IMG/VR virus record: IMGVR_UViG_3300048927_000157
Location: 1-64,000 of that record
Strand: one strand, 5' to 3'
Source of the DNA: a virus
DNA: 64,000 nucleotides
Shown here: positions 30,764 through 39,916 of the stretch, piece by piece
How the letters are laid out: the number at the start of each line of letters is the position of its first letter
How positions within the stretch are numbered: the first letter of the stretch is position 1
The notes under the pieces: generated by a model
Told to the model about the DNA's origin: nothing
The model's database searches: none
What the model saw: only the letters and a program-made list of their open reading frames with translations
Position numbers and translations under genes: made by a program

Positions 30764-31657
30764 ATGAAACCAAGAGAAACAGTTTTTTTAAACAAAGAAT
30801 TCCAGAATGATAATGTCTATGGAGACGTTATTGCAGTGCCAACCTCTGATTATTTTGGAGGTATGCCAGTGGCAAAGAAAATGTCACAAACAATTATCTC
30901 GAATGGTACAGTGGTACACACAGGCTCACCGACCTACGGATTGCTACCAAATAAGGACTTTTTCGGCAGAATGGAACACGAACTCATTGAGCAGAATATA
31001 AACTACAAACAACGTTCTTTTAACCTTGAGGAAAGCCGTTTCTATGTAGACTACATTCTGGATGATGAAAGTAAGATCATCACCATCAATGGCAACACTC
31101 AGGCAGGTGTAGATGATACCATTGTACCAATGATAAGATTAACAAACTCTTATGACGGTACATTGAAGAAAGCAGGTTATCTTGGTTTTTTCAGAAAGGT
31201 TTGTCACAACGGTATGCACATGACCCACACACAGATTGAGTTCTCAATCAAAGCTACCAAAGGTAACATGCAGTCATTCGTTCCGAAGATTGATGACATT
31301 GTGAAACGTTTTCTGGATAATGAAATGTACTCAATCAAAGATAAGATTGATAAGATGAAAGTATGTTTCATTGATGAGAAAAAGATCTTTGACTGGATTA
31401 AAGATCTTAATGAGCAGGACAAAGTTTTCAGGTTTGATAAATCAGATAAGAATGATGCTCCTTCTCTGAATTCGGAACTGGTTCACGACATTGTTATTCG
31501 TGATGCTATTGCCACGGGAACCGAGCCTAATGCATGGCTTGTTTACTCTGCCTTCAATGAATTAATTCATGGTAAATTGCAGAAAAACTTCACAGATCAG
31601 AAGGCACTGGATACAAAAGTCTTCAATACTATTAATCAAATGGTGGGGGCTTTATAG
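30764..31657 (+). CDS. DUF932-like protein
   Basis: ...IVPMIRLTNSYDGTLKKAGYLGFFRKVCHNGM... matches the remembered DUF932 core (l.NShDGs...G.fR.vC.NG). Confidence 0.55.
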   Translation: MKPRETVFLNKEFQNDNVYGDVIAVPTSDYFGGMPVAKKMSQTIISNGTVVHTGSPTYGLLPNKDFFGRMEHELIEQNINYKQRSFNLEESRFYVDYILDDESKIITINGNTQAGVDDTIVPMIRLTNSYDGTLKKAGYLGFFRKVCHNGMHMTHTQIEFSIKATKGNMQSFVPKIDDIVKRFLDNEMYSIKDKIDKMKVCFIDEKKIFDWIKDLNEQDKVFRFDKSDKNDAPSLNSELVHDIVIRDAIATGTEPNAWLVYSAFNELIHGKLQKNFTDQKALDTKVFNTINQMVGAL

Positions 31658-31681
31658 CCTCTACCTTTAAAACTAAATAAA

Positions 31682-32056
31682 ATGAAAAAGTCAACATTTA
31701 TAGCAATGGTTCAGAAGGAACTGGACAATATAAAGGAAAAGGCTACACCAAAAGAATTAAAAAGACTTGTCTTCAAAGATTTTAATCCTGCAAGTGGTTT
31801 TGGTTGTGTGTATGGTTTATTAACAGGAGTGTGGCATACAAAAAGAGCTAAAGAGTTTCAAAAGAAATTCTTTCAGCATCTACATGGGTTTGGTGGTAAT
31901 TCTTTTGACTGTCATAACCTAGATAAGAAAGTAGCAGGTACTACAGGTTACACAGCCCTTGAAAAATATATTCTGATGGTGAAGCCTTCTAAGAATAGAG
32001 AGATCTTCCAATACCTAAAAGGAAAAAGAGAAACAATTGATTTAAACGTTATATAA
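31682..32056 (+). CDS. hypothetical protein, tandem paralog 1 of 3
   Basis: Shared pattern F(I/V)..VQKEL..IK..ATP.EL..L......C(V/I)YG(L/Q)(L/M)TG...RA..F......(Y/F)TALEK(Y/F)...........YLKGK.ETI.L. Confidence 0.65.
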   Translation: MKKSTFIAMVQKELDNIKEKATPKELKRLVFKDFNPASGFGCVYGLLTGVWHTKRAKEFQKKFFQHLHGFGGNSFDCHNLDKKVAGTTGYTALEKYILMVKPSKNREIFQYLKGKRETIDLNVI

Positions 32057-32065
32057 ATTATCATC

Positions 32066-32446
32066 ATGAAAAAAGAGAAATTCATAGCAAAAGTGCAAAA
32101 AGAGTTAGCAAAAATTAAAAAATTAGCAACTCCTGAGGAATTAGCCAAGTTAAAATTCAAAATGTATGATCCAAATGATCCAAGCTATTGCATTTATGGA
32201 TTGATGACAGGAAATGCTGGTAGTGACAGGGCTAAGGTATTTAAAAAGAAACAATTCCAGTTTGTAGGTCAACTTCCTAATTCAGGTAAAGACTCAAGAA
32301 AATTTGAAGATCACTCTTTTGATAAAGGAGAGAAATTCACAGCCCTTGAGAAGTTCCTAATGATGGTTGAAGGTAAGAAAGAAGTAAAGGGACTTTTTAA
32401 ATACCTTAAAGGTAAAACAGAAACCATTAACTTAGATCTTATTTAA
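32066..32446 (+). CDS. hypothetical protein, tandem paralog 2 of 3
   Basis: Same family as 31682..32056. Confidence 0.65.
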   Translation: MKKEKFIAKVQKELAKIKKLATPEELAKLKFKMYDPNDPSYCIYGLMTGNAGSDRAKVFKKKQFQFVGQLPNSGKDSRKFEDHSFDKGEKFTALEKFLMMVEGKKEVKGLFKYLKGKTETINLDLI

Positions 32447-32449
32447 ATC

Positions 32450-32815
32450 ATGGAAAGAACAGAATTTGTACAACAGGTAATTGCAGAAGTTGAAAATCTC
32501 AAACTAAATGCAACAGAAGTGGAGAAGGCAAAGCTAGATAGATCTAGTTTAAGACATTATACAGCAGGAGGCTGTATCTATGGTCAATTAACAGGTGCTT
32601 CATTTAGTGAGAGAGCTCACGAATTAAGCCCAAAAATTTATGAGAATGCAACTGGGAAAATGAAATTATTTGATACTCAATATGAGGACTTAGATTTCAG
32701 TAAAGGTGTATGGTTCACAGCCTTAGAGAAATACCTGTATATCATCACACAGGAAGAGAGAATTCACATACTGGATTACATCAAAGGAGATACTGAAACC
32801 TTAAATATCAAATAG
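32450..32815 (+). CDS. hypothetical protein, tandem paralog 3 of 3
   Basis: Same family, more divergent. TAG stop. Confidence 0.65.
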   Translation: MERTEFVQQVIAEVENLKLNATEVEKAKLDRSSLRHYTAGGCIYGQLTGASFSERAHELSPKIYENATGKMKLFDTQYEDLDFSKGVWFTALEKYLYIITQEERIHILDYIKGDTETLNIK

Positions 32816-32816
32816 A

Positions 32817-32921
32817 ATGGAAAAACTAAAATTAAAACCACAGTTTGCAGAGGTTATAAATAACACAGATAAAGTCAGATACATTGAGGCACGATTTATA
32901 ACACAAAACGAGGGGAAATAA
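32817..32921 (+). CDS. 34-codon ORF
   Basis: MEKLKLKPQFAEV... The stop lies in the loop of hairpin AGGGG-AAATAA-CCCCT. Confidence 0.25.
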   Translation: MEKLKLKPQFAEVINNTDKVRYIEARFITQNEGK

Positions 32922-32931
32922 CCCCTCACAC

Positions 32932-32994
32932 ACCACTTCTCAGGTTTGAGGTTCTGAAATAATAGGAACGGAGGTTCGATTCCTTCTTGTGGTA
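32932..32994 (+). ncRNA. compact 63-nt tRNA-like element (pseudo-tRNA or att-like relic)
   Basis: T arm GGAGG-TTCGATT-CCTTC, acceptor ACCACTT/TTGTGGT (5 of 7), short D hairpin CTCA-GGTT-TGAG, and GTTC-(11-nt loop)-GAAC in place of an anticodon arm. Confidence 0.3.
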
Positions 32995-33013
32995 CTAAAT
33001 AAAATAAGAAATC

Positions 33014-33253
33014 ATGACAATATTAGAAATTACAGGGAGTTTAGAGTTAATATTCTCTGACCCTCACTCAGGAAAACCATTATCAGCAGAAGAAACTTCT
33101 ATGATAACAGAGAAATTGCAGACAGGTGAATTTTGTATCACCTTAGCACAGGGAGAAGTTAGAGATGTTGAAACAATGAGACATGTAGCTGACTTCACCT
33201 TTGAGGTACTGGATGACACAGAGTATAATTTTGTAGAAGAAAAAGAAGATTAA
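33014..33253 (+). CDS. hypothetical protein
   Basis: Co-directional ORF. Confidence 0.5.
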   Translation: MTILEITGSLELIFSDPHSGKPLSAEETSMITEKLQTGEFCITLAQGEVRDVETMRHVADFTFEVLDDTEYNFVEEKED

Positions 33254-33254
33254 C

Positions 33255-33509
33255 ATGAAAAATTTCTTATCAATCTTAGGAATGATTGCACTTGTAATAT
33301 TTGCATTCTCCTTTTCAGACAGTGGTGTGATGGTTACAAAACCTGCTACACCTAGACAAACAGCCTTTCTAACTGTAGATACTTTTGGAAATCATATTGA
33401 GCAAAGTAAAGCTGATTTGTTAAAGTATGCCAAGGCAGGTTGGATAGTATCAGAGACTATTACAAATGGTCAGTCAGATAGAGTAATTGTAGTACTTGTT
33501 AAATATTAA
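33255..33509 (+). CDS. hypothetical protein with N-terminal signal/TM segment
   Basis: MKNFLSILGMIALVIFAFSF... Confidence 0.55.
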   Translation: MKNFLSILGMIALVIFAFSFSDSGVMVTKPATPRQTAFLTVDTFGNHIEQSKADLLKYAKAGWIVSETITNGQSDRVIVVLVKY

Positions 33510-33513
33510 GATC

Positions 33514-34302
33514 ATGGGAAGACCTAAAAGAGTCATATTTGAGAACTTTTCTCAATACAACAAATTTCATACAATCAAACAAAAAATGTATTGTGGTGTG
33601 GAATTAACAGTTTTACATCCAATTAAAGAAACAGCTCAATTCTGGATGAGTCCTGAGGTTTGGGCTTGGTGTGCTACTAAGTTTAGAAAGAAAAAGAAAT
33701 TTCTTTCAGAATTGAGTGTTGATATTCCTGTTTTAACTGATGAAAAGGCTTTAGCACACCTTGATAAAAGGGCTTGGCATGATTGGGTTGCTAAAGAAAG
33801 AAAGGACACGGATATTAAAGAGGCTATCCAATATATGAAACAACTTTTCCCTAACCATGAGTACATTTATTTTTATGAGTTAGACAGAATAATTTCAGAA
33901 TTTACTAATGGTAGTCTAATTCCAGATAAAACCCCTACAGAACATATGAAGTGGGTTAATATGCACATTGGGAATAAAAATGACTGGATGATTCAATACC
34001 CAGAAGTTAAAGCTAAATTTGAGGCTTATTCAAATTGCAAGGGTAGTGAAGATAAAAAGTCAAAACTTTATTCTGAATACTCAGATTTAGCAGAACAAGT
34101 AGCATGGGATAAACAAAATATGATGTCTGTTCTAAACACAATAGGTGAGAACACAGTTTGTTATCCTGTAGCCTTTTCAAGAGGTACAGCAGAATGGGCA
34201 ATTGAAAAATATGGTAAACCAATGTCCTATTCAAATGCAGGAGAGATATTCTTCATAGTAACTCCTGATAGAATATACTTTGAAACTAAAAGACACTATT
34301 AA
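33514..34302 (+). CDS. hypothetical protein
   Basis: Track ORF trimmed to MGRPKRVIFENF... Confidence 0.6.
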   Translation: MGRPKRVIFENFSQYNKFHTIKQKMYCGVELTVLHPIKETAQFWMSPEVWAWCATKFRKKKKFLSELSVDIPVLTDEKALAHLDKRAWHDWVAKERKDTDIKEAIQYMKQLFPNHEYIYFYELDRIISEFTNGSLIPDKTPTEHMKWVNMHIGNKNDWMIQYPEVKAKFEAYSNCKGSEDKKSKLYSEYSDLAEQVAWDKQNMMSVLNTIGENTVCYPVAFSRGTAEWAIEKYGKPMSYSNAGEIFFIVTPDRIYFETKRHY

Positions 34303-34304
34303 TC

Positions 34305-34448
34305 ATGTCAAAAACTAGAAAAGACAATACACTTAGAGAGGTGACATTCACCATGCAAGAGATCTGGCAACACACAATGCCAAAGGTACAAAAATCAAAG
34401 AAAGCTTATCAACGTAAACCAAAACATAAAAACAAAGGTTATGAATAA
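34305..34448 (+). CDS. small basic hypothetical protein
   Basis: 47-aa ORF MSKTRKDNTLRE...KPKHKNKGYE. Confidence 0.3.
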   Translation: MSKTRKDNTLREVTFTMQEIWQHTMPKVQKSKKAYQRKPKHKNKGYE

Positions 34449-34875
34449 TACAAGAATACCTTCTGTAGTAATATGTGCCAATTGTAAAACCTTTTGGCAC
34501 TCTTCCAAAGAAGTATGCACTGAATGTGGATGCTCTACATTAGAACCAACCTCAGAACTCAATGCTGAAAGAATTAAATGGATTCTCACAGATCCTGATA
34601 ACTTTCAATTAGGTAGACAGATTGGTGACAGGTTATATGAATTCAAAGAATTCACAGGAATGATAACTGAGGGGATGTCTCTAGATGAGGCATTAACCAG
34701 ACAGTTTGACTGGACTGAATATAACGTTGATTTAGATGACTATTCAGAGGCTGAAAGGGAAAAGGTAGCCGAAGGCTATTATGGAAGCTTAGATGAGCTA
34801 AAAGAGCAATGTGGAGACTCATGGGAGTGGATACTTGCTGAGTGTATCTTTGAACAGGAAACAGGTTTATATTAA
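34441..34875 (+). CDS. hypothetical protein with N-terminal zinc-ribbon-like CxxC...CxxC
   Basis: CANCKTFWHSSKEVCTECGC. Confidence 0.6.
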   Translation: MNNTRIPSVVICANCKTFWHSSKEVCTECGCSTLEPTSELNAERIKWILTDPDNFQLGRQIGDRLYEFKEFTGMITEGMSLDEALTRQFDWTEYNVDLDDYSEAEREKVAEGYYGSLDELKEQCGDSWEWILAECIFEQETGLY

Positions 34876-34885
34876 ACAACATATT

Positions 34886-35224
34886 ATGACTAGAGATAAC
34901 GAGAAACTAATTGAAGGCTTCTTTGGATTTAAAGACTGTCCTTGTGGGTGTAGCTTACTACTAACTGGTGAGGGAGATCCCATGTATGATTTTTACACTG
35001 AATCCTGGGACTGGGTTATGGCTGTAGTTTCTAAGATTGAGGAACTGGGATATGATGTAGACATTACTTATTCCAGAATTGAGAAGACTCATTTTTGTAA
35101 AATCACAGATGATGCTGACGTTATTTTCTCATCTAGTGATAATGACAAGATGGTAGCCATTCAAGATGCTACTATAGAGTTTATTAAATGGTTTAACGAA
35201 AAAAATATAATTACCCATGAGTAA
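34886..35224 (+). CDS. hypothetical protein, paralog of 28561..28935
   Basis: Track ORF trimmed to MTRDNEKLIEGF... Contains ESWDWVMAVVSKIE and ATIEFIKWFNEKN. Confidence 0.6.
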   Translation: MTRDNEKLIEGFFGFKDCPCGCSLLLTGEGDPMYDFYTESWDWVMAVVSKIEELGYDVDITYSRIEKTHFCKITDDADVIFSSSDNDKMVAIQDATIEFIKWFNEKNIITHE

Positions 35225-35465
35225 GAGAATGTTTTTAATAGTACTATTAGGTGAGAGAAAAGATGATAAAGTTTACACCTTTTCTTTTTCCCTAGACACA
35301 GTGTTTGACAAGTTCAATAATAATCAGGAGTTGTGTGATACAGAATTGGCATACACTTTGATAGATGACATTGACTTCCTTTTAGATTTAAAGGAAGGAG
35401 AAACAGTCCAGTATTTCTCTGATAGAGCAAAAGAATTTCCTTGCCTACTAAAGAGAACAAATTAG
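35217..35465 (+). CDS. hypothetical protein
   Basis: Co-directional ORF with a TAG stop. Confidence 0.5.
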   Translation: MSKRMFLIVLLGERKDDKVYTFSFSLDTVFDKFNNNQELCDTELAYTLIDDIDFLLDLKEGETVQYFSDRAKEFPCLLKRTN

Positions 35466-35505
35466 TCACAATAATTATTCAAAAAACTAAATACATTTTT
35501 CTATT

Positions 35506-35832
35506 ATGAAAATTTCAATCAAACAAATTTATATTGTTGGAATCGTAAAGCCAGTGGCTTTTGTATCAGAAGGATTATTCGGAAATAATCATTCAACAGG
35601 TTATAAGTGTGTAGTTGGTGTTGGTGTAATGGTAGTAGGGGTAAATGTAGCTCACCTAGCTGAGGTTGTACATTTTGGTGGTCAAGTATTCGATTTAATT
35701 GGATATTTGATTCACGGTGCAGGTGGAATTCCTTTTATTGAAGGAATTCACAAGTGGACAGACAAAATGATGTCTGAGTCAGAACAAGAGGTTCAAGAAA
35801 TTAAAAGCTTTGAAAATCATGGTGCTGAATAG
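35506..35832 (+). CDS. membrane protein, Gly/Val-rich
   Basis: GYKCVVGVGVMVVGVNVAHLAEVVHFGG... Confidence 0.55.
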   Translation: MKISIKQIYIVGIVKPVAFVSEGLFGNNHSTGYKCVVGVGVMVVGVNVAHLAEVVHFGGQVFDLIGYLIHGAGGIPFIEGIHKWTDKMMSESEQEVQEIKSFENHGAE

Positions 35833-35972
35833 AAAGAAAAAACAAACCGTTAAGCAAGAGCTTGACGAGTTTAAACAGGACGTAGAGTTTGAGATTCACC
35901 ATGTATTTTTCATGGTGATCTCTCTACTAGGATTATGTGTAGTCTTTTCATGTGTAGCTTAAATTATACAAA

Positions 35973-36146
35973 ATGAAATTCAAATTACTTAAAATAAAAA
36001 AGAGAACTCCAAAGGTTCAAGATACTACGAATGATTTAATTCCTCAGGGAATAAACAAAACAGTAGGAGAGAAATTACCATTCAATGAAATGGGAGCAAA
36101 GCAATTACCATCAACAACAAAGTACACTAACATTTCAAATGATTAA
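35973..36146 (+). CDS. small hypothetical protein
   Basis: 57-aa ORF MKFKLLKIKKRTPKV..., not in the track. Confidence 0.3.
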   Translation: MKFKLLKIKKRTPKVQDTTNDLIPQGINKTVGEKLPFNEMGAKQLPSTTKYTNISND

Positions 36147-36312
36147 TATGAGAGGATTATTAATAGCAGGAATAGTTTGTACATTATTAGGGTTCACATT
36201 TTGTTATGTGATAGCTGATACTATGTTTGAGTTATCATATTGGTGTGGTGTAATAATGTGTTCAATAGGAGGATCTATGATTGGATCATATGTATTTAGT
36301 AGAAAAAATTAA
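36085..36312 (+). CDS. small membrane protein
   Basis: Two hydrophobic helices (LLIAGIVCTLLGFTFCYVIA, WCGVIMCSIGGSMIGSYVF). The true start may be the ATG at 36139. Confidence 0.5.
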   Translation: MKWEQSNYHQQQSTLTFQMINMRGLLIAGIVCTLLGFTFCYVIADTMFELSYWCGVIMCSIGGSMIGSYVFSRKN

Positions 36313-36332
36313 CTAAAGTTTAACAGATAAAA

Positions 36333-36366
36333 TTTGGCATTGTCAAATTTTTTAATAATATTTGCA
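36333..36366 (+). promoter_or_regulatory. phage consensus promoter
   Basis: TTTGGCATTGTCAAATTTTTTAATAATATTTGCA. Confidence 0.6.
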
Positions 36367-36368
36367 AA

Positions 36369-36926
36369 ATGAAAGTAGAAGTAAACGTTGAAAACATACT
36401 GAAACAGATCGGAGAAGGTGACAAACCAGCTTATTCATTAAAAGTCGTAAAAGAAGTAGCCAATAAAGTTGAGTACTTATTCAGAAAAGCTGGATATGGT
36501 ATTGACACTGGATCACCTGTAATTGTACAGCCTGTTACTCTTCCAACAGTAGTTGAGTCTGAGGCAGACAAGTGTGATAATGATCCTCACTCTTATGTAC
36601 CGAAATTTAAAAGGTGTAAACCTAACCATATTAAGAAAGGAGACCTGTTCTTAGGATTCTCAGTCAATGGTAAGGGACGACCTGTGGTAGTAGCCAAAAT
36701 TGTTAAGGACATTGCCTATTGTATTGCCCTTACAACTACCGAAGATGAGTACACATTGATGCCTCACAATTCAAGATTCTTGGAAGAAGGGTTTTTCTCT
36801 AACTCATTCATGGTGGCTAAGACTTCCTACATCAAACAAAACTTTATTGGGGTGATGGATGACACCAGAACTCTGAATAAAGCAATCAAAATCATCAAAG
36901 AAAAAGTAAAAGCAGATCTAAAATGA
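36369..36926 (+). CDS. hypothetical protein
   Basis: ORF 3 nt after the promoter's -7 element region. No motif recognised. Confidence 0.6.
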   Translation: MKVEVNVENILKQIGEGDKPAYSLKVVKEVANKVEYLFRKAGYGIDTGSPVIVQPVTLPTVVESEADKCDNDPHSYVPKFKRCKPNHIKKGDLFLGFSVNGKGRPVVVAKIVKDIAYCIALTTTEDEYTLMPHNSRFLEEGFFSNSFMVAKTSYIKQNFIGVMDDTRTLNKAIKIIKEKVKADLK

Positions 36927-37456
36927 AAAAAGCATACCTAGACAACGTAAATAAGAGACTTAAAGTAGAAATAGTAGGGGAAACTTTCACTATTGAACTT
37001 AAAGGAGAGGCAGTAGAATCTGGTTTAATTAGAACCAAGCAAGGTAATTATATCACTAGGTTTGATTTCAGTGATGTTCTGCCTGAATTTTCAATTATAA
37101 AAGACAATGTGGTTGGAGAGTACCTTCAAAAGGGTGATTTTAGTGCTCTTCTTGGAGAAAGAGAAGACTACAATGTCATTCAAGACAGAGGCTCTCGTGA
37201 GGATTACTTTGGACTATCATTTCCGAATGGATACATTTCATACATGGAAACCTATGGAATTATGATGAGAGAAATTTCTTATTCTCCTGAGTATGACAGA
37301 TGGGCTTCTAATCAGGGTTCTATATACATGTTAGAGGTAGTAAGAAAGTGGGCTTTAGAGTTTGAAAAAGCCCACGAAAACACTCAGTGGGAAGAAGAGG
37401 AAACTGATTGGGACGAACAAGTAATTCAATTTTTAGACCTAAAATTAAGAGACTAA
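36923..37456 (+). CDS. hypothetical protein
   Basis: ATGA overlap. No motif recognised. Confidence 0.6.
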   Translation: MKKAYLDNVNKRLKVEIVGETFTIELKGEAVESGLIRTKQGNYITRFDFSDVLPEFSIIKDNVVGEYLQKGDFSALLGEREDYNVIQDRGSREDYFGLSFPNGYISYMETYGIMMREISYSPEYDRWASNQGSIYMLEVVRKWALEFEKAHENTQWEEEETDWDEQVIQFLDLKLRD

Positions 37457-37653
37457 TGAAAAACAAAGGAAGACGACATAAATCAGGTCGAGGTCCCTAT
37501 GCTGATGGTAATTGTAAAGGGATGTTGTGTGGTATCACTAGACCCATCAATCAAATGGGACATAGAGATTCTTTTGATAAATTTGCTAAGAGTAAATGGC
37601 AAAAAAGAATTCGAGGGTATTTCAAATCTAAAATTAAATCACTTTTAAACTAA
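37456..37653 (+). CDS. small basic Cys-containing protein
   Basis: MKNKGRRHKSGRGPYADGNCKGMLCG... Resembles the 21692 and 12133 products in composition. Confidence 0.45.
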   Translation: MKNKGRRHKSGRGPYADGNCKGMLCGITRPINQMGHRDSFDKFAKSKWQKRIRGYFKSKIKSLLN

Positions 37654-37658
37654 ACAAA

Positions 37659-37928
37659 ATGAACTACAGAGATATTAGCACAATTGTGCAACAACAATCA
37701 GTACCAACAGATATTCAAACTGATGTACTAAAGAAAGCCAAAGCATTCATCAACGATGGATTAGAAGTAGAGGCTGTAGTGAGCACCAACACCATTACTT
37801 TAGATGTGTATGATGAGCAAGGTGTGAGAGTAGATAGAATCAACACTACCTTCTCCAAGATGCCAGTGATCCAAGACGACTCAGACGAAGAAATTATTAA
37901 CCCAGAAGATGTAGAAATTACAGATTAA
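37659..37928 (+). CDS. hypothetical acidic protein
   Basis: Co-directional ORF. Confidence 0.55.
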   Translation: MNYRDISTIVQQQSVPTDIQTDVLKKAKAFINDGLEVEAVVSTNTITLDVYDEQGVRVDRINTTFSKMPVIQDDSDEEIINPEDVEITD

Positions 37929-38033
37929 TGAAGATACTATTTTTAATTATCCTTGTCTTCGTTATTCTTCCCCTTGCAGTAGGAAACCAAGTAGAATACA
38001 AAAAAAGAGAATTTAAAAATCATAATAAAAACA

Positions 38034-38543
38034 ATGAGAAATCCAAACAGAATTCCAATACTCCTTGATGTGTATCAAAGAGAGACAGTGAAAGAGTCCT
38101 ACCTTAAAAACGTGGTGGGATTGGCTTCCAAAGCTGATGTCACACGATTCCTTAACAAATGGAACTTGAAAGAGTCCCAAGGTGAGGTTGAAAAGGTGTG
38201 GAAAGAGAATCCAGACTTTAGAATGAGTCAGGTTCTTATAGCTGCCAAAGTTCTACCTAATTTTGCAGGGTCTTGGTTTAACACAGAAGACGAAAAGTTC
38301 ATGAAACAGTACGGTATTGCTGATGAAAGGCTTACCACAGTCTGGAACAAGAAAGATGGAGACCTAAAAGAAAGAGGAATCCCTTTGAAAAGTATCTCTG
38401 ATAGAGATTTATTTCTACTTAAACAAGAAGTTGGAGAGGAAAACTTCCCTGTTTACTTAGAAAAAGAGATTGAATACCGAAAAGGAAACGGTATCAAAGT
38501 AACAGAAACAAATAACCCGTATTATAGTTTAGACATTGACTAA
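38034..38543 (+). CDS. hypothetical protein
   Basis: Co-directional ORF. Confidence 0.6.
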   Translation: MRNPNRIPILLDVYQRETVKESYLKNVVGLASKADVTRFLNKWNLKESQGEVEKVWKENPDFRMSQVLIAAKVLPNFAGSWFNTEDEKFMKQYGIADERLTTVWNKKDGDLKERGIPLKSISDRDLFLLKQEVGEENFPVYLEKEIEYRKGNGIKVTETNNPYYSLDID

Positions 38544-39181
38544 TGCAAGAAACATTTACAGTAACTAAAGATCAAGTATTAGAGGCATTTGATGCCTCTA
38601 ATCATACTTGGAAGATTAAGATCAAAGAGTGGTTTCCAGAAGCCTTTAAAACCGAGTTAATTATCGGAAATTGGTACAAAACCCACATTAATTCAAGTGG
38701 AGGATTTCTACTTTTCATTTGGAGTGGTAATTATGGAAACTATACTCAGAAAGGCTTTGATATAAATGGAGATTGGAAAGATAAACTTGGATTTCATGAA
38801 TATGATACAGTAGAAGATGCTGATGAAGATGAAGTTGTAGTTGCTCTTACTGAGGAATATAAAAAGAGAGGTTTCAATAAAGGAGCTAAGTTCAAGTGTT
38901 TATCTGCTCCAACCGAAACCTACACTGTGACTGTGGAGAACCCTATATTTTGGAATTTAGATGATCCAAAAGTAGAGAATGATCCAAACAAATATAACAT
39001 TTCAGGAACTAAAACTCCTGGGGGTGTAATATTTAGAAAGGGTGAGTGGGCTAAACTTGTGTCTCCAGTGGTTGAAGACTCATCAGCCAGTATGAAAGAG
39101 GAAGAAGTACCTCCTACTCAGGAAGAAATTCAGAGAGTTCTTAAACATCTAATTAGTGAAAGAGTTTCTAAACAAAATTAA
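38543..39181 (+). CDS. hypothetical protein
   Basis: Co-directional ORF with ATGA-type junction. Confidence 0.6.
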   Translation: MQETFTVTKDQVLEAFDASNHTWKIKIKEWFPEAFKTELIIGNWYKTHINSSGGFLLFIWSGNYGNYTQKGFDINGDWKDKLGFHEYDTVEDADEDEVVVALTEEYKKRGFNKGAKFKCLSAPTETYTVTVENPIFWNLDDPKVENDPNKYNISGTKTPGGVIFRKGEWAKLVSPVVEDSSASMKEEEVPPTQEEIQRVLKHLISERVSKQN

Positions 39182-39194
39182 AAAAGAAAATTAA

Positions 39195-39704
39195 ATGAAA
39201 TTAACAGTAGACGAAAATTCATTAAACTATCCTTGCTCAGTGGTTACCATTGGGCAGGTGTATGATATTCCTAAAGCAGATCCGTTTAACTACGGAAATG
39301 GTAGAGTATATGATGAAACGACTAGTCCTACAGGAAAAGAGTTAAAAGAGTTTTTCTCTAAAATTGAAGCTAATACAGCCAATCAACATGAAATAAAAAA
39401 GTTCAAAGAATTTTTAATTAAACCAAACAAAATTATGACTATTACAAAAGAAAATTTATTAGCATTAGGATTTGATGCTAGAGAGGATGATGACACAGTT
39501 TTTGGATTAGATTTAAAACAATCTGATGTAGAAAATGGACTAACAACTGAGAAATCTATGTTAGAAGTAGATTTGGAGCTAGAGCTTGTATCACTGTTTA
39601 TATTTAACACAGATACTGAGGAAGAGGGAAGATTGGTTTTTTTCAACAATATTCAAACAGATGCCCAACTGACAAGTTTTGTCAATCTGATAGTTAAGAA
39701 ATAA
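39195..39704 (+). CDS. chimeric protein: first ~28 aa duplicate the RNA ligase N-terminus, remainder unrelated
   Basis: MKLTVDENSLNYPCSVVTIGQVYDIPKAD versus MRLSVSEDSLNYPCSVVTIGQVFDIKNAD at 40450. Confidence 0.55.
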   Translation: MKLTVDENSLNYPCSVVTIGQVYDIPKADPFNYGNGRVYDETTSPTGKELKEFFSKIEANTANQHEIKKFKEFLIKPNKIMTITKENLLALGFDAREDDDTVFGLDLKQSDVENGLTTEKSMLEVDLELELVSLFIFNTDTEEEGRLVFFNNIQTDAQLTSFVNLIVKK

Positions 39705-39763
39705 TTTTATCTATTTGGATTTGTAAGTAAAATGTAGTACTTTTGTATTACAAATTACCTATA

Positions 39764-39916
39764 ATGAAAGATGAACTTTTACAAGTGAGGGTTTCCACCG
39801 AGACAAAGGAAACCCTCCAAATTATGGCAAAACAGTTGGGATTAACCACCAGTGCATTTATCAGAATGATATTACTTCAAAAAATAAAAGATGAAGCAAA
39901 GAAAACTAATAGATGA
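39764..39916 (+). CDS. ribbon-helix-helix (CopG/Arc-like) small protein
   Basis: MKDELLQVRVSTETKETLQIMAKQLGLTTSAFIRMILLQKI... shows a beta-alpha-alpha RHH pattern. 50 aa, not in the track. Confidence 0.45.
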   Translation: MKDELLQVRVSTETKETLQIMAKQLGLTTSAFIRMILLQKIKDEAKKTNR

